A stretch of DNA of 55,595 nt, from positions 1-55,595 of the forward strand of contig JAHBMJ010000138.1 of assembly GCA_018398765.1 (NCBI GenBank). Reading direction: 5' to 3'. Under the pieces are notes generated by a model. The model saw nothing but the letters and a program-made list of their open reading frames with translations. It searched no databases and was not told where the DNA came from. Shown here in pieces: positions 50,370 through 55,595 of this stretch; position 1 is the first letter of the stretch, and the number at the start of each line of letters is the position of its first letter. This stretch comes from Chromera velia (lineage: Eukaryota). Both the position numbers and the translations under genes were made by a program.

Positions 50370-52088
50370 TCACGATAAGCCCCGGCGTGGTTCGAGTGCC
50401 CTGAGGAGGCAAAGAGTCGCTGCAGCATCCTCAAGCGCAGAGTGAAAACATCTCTGTTGTATTCGCACACCAAGAAGTGCTGCAGTTGCACGTTCCAAAG
50501 AAATGGAGGCACAACGTTTCTTGTTCGATTCTTTGTTCCTGCTCTTTTCATCGTTTTTCAACGCGGACGCGCCAACAGAAAATTGGCAATCCAGATCGTC
50601 TGCTTCCTCGGCGCAAAACTTCTGAAGCCTCTCACGCACATCCACACGCCTGTGGGAACCCACCGCCGTCTCCAGACCCAAAGCCTTCAGGTCCTGCACG
50701 AGGTCAAACCCAACGACAATCGGCCTCGCAGCACTCCCGACCTCTTCAAAAGAATGGTCCACTTCTTTCTTACAGTCTTCCATCAACATTCTTCTGGCCT
50801 CTCTGGCGAGTCCCTGAAAGTCCCTAGACCGGGAGGACATCAACACACGACCACAAAGACTCACTATGGCAACCTCATCGCCCTCACAATCCACACCCAC
50901 AACATTGTCTCCCCCATATTGAGACAAAGAAAAGGCAGCGCTGCCCTTTTGACTCTCTTTCGTTTGACTTGCCCGACTTGCCTCCAAAATCTCCTCAATA
51001 ACTCTCTCTGTGGGGGTATCAAAATTGGGCTCTGAGTTTTCGACTGTCGGCGGTATCCCCAAAAGAGACCCTTTGGACAGCGAGGGGACTAGAGAAGAAT
51101 AATCACTCAAAAAGCTTGAGTCGCAATCTGAACTTTCAATCTCTGTGGAAGACCAGGAAGGAGAGGGCGAGACTCGTCTTGTATCGGACTCACGCATGTA
51201 CCGCAGGGGTGAGAGAGGCGTGCGGGCAGTGCGGAGCATTTTGAGAAGTGTGTCCGTCGCCTGCACACACACACACACACACACACGTACTCACACACAC
51301 ACGCGCGCGCGCGCGAAAAAGGTTCTCATCACTTTTCTTGTCGACATTTTCAAAAAGCTCATACAGGATGTGCGCGGGCTGCATATTTGATGACTTCAAA
51401 TGCAGAAAGAGTAACGAGGAGGAGAAAGAAACGAAGGAAAAGAAAAGGCAAGCACGTTGAGAAGGCAGAAATAACAGAGAAGAAAAAAGGGGCAGAGAGA
51501 GGGAGAGAGACATCAATTTTAACAAAGAGAGAAATCGACAAATCGAGTCTCTGATTCATCAATCCTGTCATCGAGCACTTGGAATGCAGCTGTCATTAAA
51601 TTTTGTGCCATTCCACCTGTGAGGACATCAGAACGCAAGCGCAAAACACGTGAAACTCTTCTTCAAGCAACCCGAGTTGACCCACCCTTTCACCAGTCCA
51701 CATGTCTGCGCGCTCCGGTAGCGCCTCTCCAAACACTCCGTTGTCCTCCACCACCCTGCCGAGGAGGTCTCTTTGAAGGGATCTGCGGGTCCTCCTAGGC
51801 TCCTTCAGACAGGGAGGACCTCCATCGGCACCCACCACCTTCTCGCCTCTACGTGCGATTCGGAAAGGGAAAATGGGGTCACGAAGAAATCCAAATGAAA
51901 GGGGGAAGGTACAGAAAGCTAGGGGACAGAATGCATGAGACAAAGAAACAGCTCGGAAGAGGGAGAGCGAATCTAGATTTCACAAGGACTCAGACATGAA
52001 CAAAGTCTTCAGGGCACAGCACATGGGACATGTTAATTCAACTGCTCTCCTGGCAGGCAGATTTCCATATGCATTCACAAGCCGGGAT

Positions 52089-52175
<87 letters not shown>

Positions 52176-52436
52176 CACACACACACAGACGACGCACCTG
52201 CAATTGTACAAAGTCAACCCTGAATTGGCGTAGACGCTCTTGCTCGGTGTCTCATTTTCTCCTTCTTCACCTATTTCCTCTGAAGGGACCCTCATATCCT
52301 CGCCCAGAGAAGCTGATTCAGAAAGAGAAAGGATGGCGGGGACCTCGTGTGACTCTACAGCCCTGTTCAAAGAAGAGAAGGCCCTCTTATCTGCGCCGAC
52401 ACGACTCGAGCGCTTTCTGATTTGCCTCTGCTGCAT
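50370..52436 (-). CDS. DEDDh 3'-5' exonuclease (REXO4/Rex4-like), multi-exon; 5' exons uncertain
   Basis: Large exon 51260-50370 has ExoI VGVDCE, ExoII VVGFDLVQDLKAL, SLERATAALLGVRIQ and ExoIII HSALEDAAATL; candidate upstream exons at 52436-52198, ~52049 and ~51860-51617. Confidence 0.7.
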
Positions 52437-53522
52437 GCAGAGCGATCAAGCACAGAGGAGAGGCGGAACAGGCGGCCTTGTGGACTGCCACGCAGAGAGG
52501 GACGTGTCTGCTCTCTGTGTACAATCGTGAGTGTGTTACTCATTCACACGTGAAGTGTTTCTGGGGCGAAAGGGTGGGACGGCGGCAACTTTGCCTCTCG
52601 AGACTTTGGGGTGCTAGATTGTTCGTCATGCGCGACTAGCTTTGAGTAAGGACTTTAAAGTTGAGTGATCATGCAGGATATATAAAATGTTTGTGTGAGA
52701 TGCACTCAAAAAAAGGCAAAGCCGAAGATGCGTCCACGCCAGACTTCATGTCTCCAAAAGAAAACTTGCACGGCGTGCCATACTGTCTATACACATGTAT
52801 GAGCCTATCGGTATGCCATACAGTTCACTCACCAGCCGAGCGAGCTGAAAGAGCGACGCCTGTCTCCTTGGAACAGCCCGGCAATCTCGGTATCCGAATG
52901 TTGTCGTTGCAAAAGGATTGGAGGCGCAAGGACGACCTCCGCGGCCAATCATTGCAAAAGCAAGAGATAGAAACACAGCGGACAGATGCATTGGTCTATG
53001 GCTGCGGCACTTGCATGACTTTGGTGCGCCGATCAAAAATTACGCGTGTCGACGTCTCCGTCTACGTACGTGTGTCGATTGCCTTCGAAACAACACATGC
53101 AGCACTGATTCTTTGCAGGGCCAAACCGGCACTAAGTAAAGAATGAAGAACTTCAACCAGCTGTGATGAGCCATAATCAGGCCTCTTCTTAGTGAGGTTC
53201 GGGTGTTCATAGCACGCGTCCCTCTAGAGCGGCGAGAGATGGCGAGAGCAGGCTGTGCGTGCGTCATCCGTCATGCAGGCTCATGTCAGGCTCGCAGATT
53301 TAGCGTCCGAGTAGGTCCGAGCTAAGCTAGGATTGCATGCATGCATGCATCCCGCGCGGGCCGGCGGCCCGGCGCCTATATCGCGGCCAAAGCGCGGCTC
53401 GGCGCCTGCGGCCTATACCGGCAAAAGCGGCCATCGCCATGCAATCGCCGCCTACCGGCCGAGGCGGCCTTCCCAGATCAAAAACTTACCAGTATCAGGG
53501 GGGTAGGCTAAACGACTCTGGA

Positions 53523-54512
53523 ACTGATATGTCAGGACTGACTTTTTTGCTGTATTGTCGCCAAATGACTGTGAAACTGACGTGTCAGGACTGTGACGTG
53601 AGTGTGGGTCGAGGGGCAAGCAGATGTAAGCGCCTCGACCGACCGCCGCGATCGGTGTTACCGCCACGATGATGAGAGAGTCAGTACGTATGCATACATT
53701 GCGGGACCGAGATTGAAAGTGAGCGCGCGCATCGTTGCATGTATTTTAGCCACATGAATTATCAGTCAAGTTTCTCTTGCGTGTGAGCATGAGATCAGAC
53801 TGACAGCAAGCCAGACGCTGGAAATACAAACAGCCTAGACTCTGAACGACGGTCTTTCCAACTAATAAACCTTTATACTGCCTAGACCACGTACACATTA
53901 CAGGTGGTAGCAGAGCCCTTGTTCTGACCAAGGGGATAAGAGAGGCGTCGTTCGTTGATTGAGCCCACGTGTTCAGTCGAGAGAACCCATAACATATGGT
54001 TGTTGGAGCATCAGCACGCAGCTTGTTGTGCAGTTGTTCACGACCAGTCAGGAGCTACAAATCAGTAGAAAACCCTGTAATAAAAGCAGTAGAACTCAGT
54101 AGATTGATGAGAACATTCTTCGATAGAGCCGAAGAAATGTTTGTGTTTGGAGGAAAGATAGAGCGTCTCCGTCTTCAGACATTCAAGAAAAGTCATACAG
54201 ACTTTCACGCTGTAATTGTAGAGGTATGTCAACTTGCGAGCACCTTCGATCAGAAGGACTGTTGTTTTTGCTCTATTATTGCAAAAAGATTATGAAATTG
54301 ACGTGTTAGGACTGACTTTTTGCTCTATTGTCGCCAAATGACTGTAAAACTTAGTGAAACTAACATGTCATGACTGACTTTTTCAATCTTTACTAGAATC
54401 TTTATCGATCTTTATGCCTTAATCAGGGCTAAAAAACTGTGAAACTGACGTGTAAAAACTGACTTTTTTGCTCTATTGTCGCCACGTAACTGTGAAACTG
54501 ATGTGTCAGGAG
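53523..54512. repeat. About 53-bp repeat (GAAACTGACGTGTCAGGACTGACTTTTTTGCTCTATTGTCGCCAAATGACTGT) in three patches
   Basis: Copies at about 53523-53593, 54294-54385 and 54436-54512. Confidence 0.8.
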
Positions 54513-55286
54513 TAGTGCTAGGAAAAGGTTCAAGGTTTAAGGTGTAAGGTTCACTTCGAAGTAATGAACCTAAATCAGGTTCAAAAACAGGTTCAAAAAC
54601 AGGTTCACTTTTAATTAATAGAAACCTCATTTTTTCGTATTATTTTATGCCTTTAAATTAGGCTTTAATGCATTTTTAGAACGTTTTATTATAGAATCTA
54701 TGCCTTAGTAGTGTTTTTTAATAGTTTAAATCAATATTTACGCTCACATTAGGTGCTAGTCTCAAGTTATTCACTGTTTATAGTCGAAAATTAGTAATCA
54801 AAAAAGCCTAAAAAAATTGAAAAATGCCATAATTAAATTTATATGATCGTATCAATCATGACAATTACACTGTCGTGCAGACTGCTGCCAAACAAACTCT
54901 ATACTTCCTCATTCCTTCAGTGAAGACTGTCCGTTTTGATGCGGGGCCTTACAAGTGGAAAACTTGGTAAGTCACGTGTACTTCTTCACTTCTACAATGG
55001 TCAGCATGAGTTTTTATGCTGATATATGATGCTGACATATGTTGATATGCGTCTGTCCGACATAATAGATTGAACCGGCTGGGGACAGTTGCTGTGCGTG
55101 TGGCTCCGGCTCTTTATTTCACCTATATCGGCCGTGGGCGGCGCGGGCCTGACCGGCCTTGTGCCAGTGGCCGCGCGTCTGGCCTCCAAAACAGGTTTAA
55201 AACAGGTTCAACAGGTTCAAAACAGGTTTAACAGGTTTACTTTTTCAGATTTGAACCTTTTCTCAATAAACCTTTTCCCAGCCCTA
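54513..55286. mobile_element. hAT-type MITE
   Basis: TAGTGCTAGGAAAAGGTT vs AACCTTTTCCCAGCCCTA; perfect 8-bp TSD GTCAGGAG (54505-54512 and 55287-55294); AACAGGTTCA subterminal repeats. Confidence 0.88.
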
Positions 55287-55595
55287 GTCAGGAGTCTCCG
55301 GACTAATAAACAACTCTTATAAAACAAGAAATTTATTTCATACAAAACACACTTTTAAGTTCAATAAGAAAAGGCCAGCATAGGGCAGTAGCAGCCTGAG
55401 GGCATCTAGTACAAAAGGACAAGCTTGTGACAGTGCATGCTCTCGATCAATATATAAAAGTAAAGTCGCCCTATATAATAAAATAGCTAGTTATATCGAC
55501 TTATCATCATAAAGTTTAATCTAGGCGATGCACAGTGGTAAAAAAAAAAAAAAGAATAGACATGTCAAGATTTTTTTTTTCTTTTTTTTTTTTTA

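Noticed and set aside
50442..51035. 197-aa plus-strand ORF
   Set aside because: Antisense to the exonuclease exon; no recognisable motif
53996..54295. 99-aa ORF between repeat patches
   Set aside because: No recognisable domain or splice context

Overview
Eukaryotic, intron-rich genomic DNA. TGCATGCA clusters, microsatellite-filled introns and a signal-plus-basic-leader gene suggest an apicomplexan or related alveolate (inference only). GC-rich spliced genes alternate with AT-rich spacers packed with DNA-transposon derivatives. Genes assembled by hand with GT/AG boundaries and phase checks: an 18-exon minus-strand gene that appears to fuse a TMEM151-like domain to a TM plus LEA_2/TMEM106-like domain (16692-7788); a 2-exon tail-anchored SLOG-like protein (18400-20800); a 4-exon single-pass membrane protein (23641-22017); a hypothetical protein, possibly microtubule-binding (24314-27453); an 8-exon signal-peptide protein (34336-35764); a 16-exon CEBPZ/Mak21/Noc1 ribosome-biogenesis gene (37518-48159); and a divergent DEDDh (REXO4-like) exonuclease (about 52436-50370). 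Mobile DNA includes two related hAT elements with perfect 8-bp TSDs (one with a BED zinc finger), further hAT-, MULE- and CCC-ended MITEs, a 3-kb TIR element with spliced cargo, and an inverted-repeat-bounded element with a decayed HNH-like ORF. The most notable signals are the SLOG-like protein, the TMEM151-LEA_2 fusion and a recurring duplication of exon ends plus 5' splice sites into the downstream intron. Family assignments are from motif recognition; no database searches were run.
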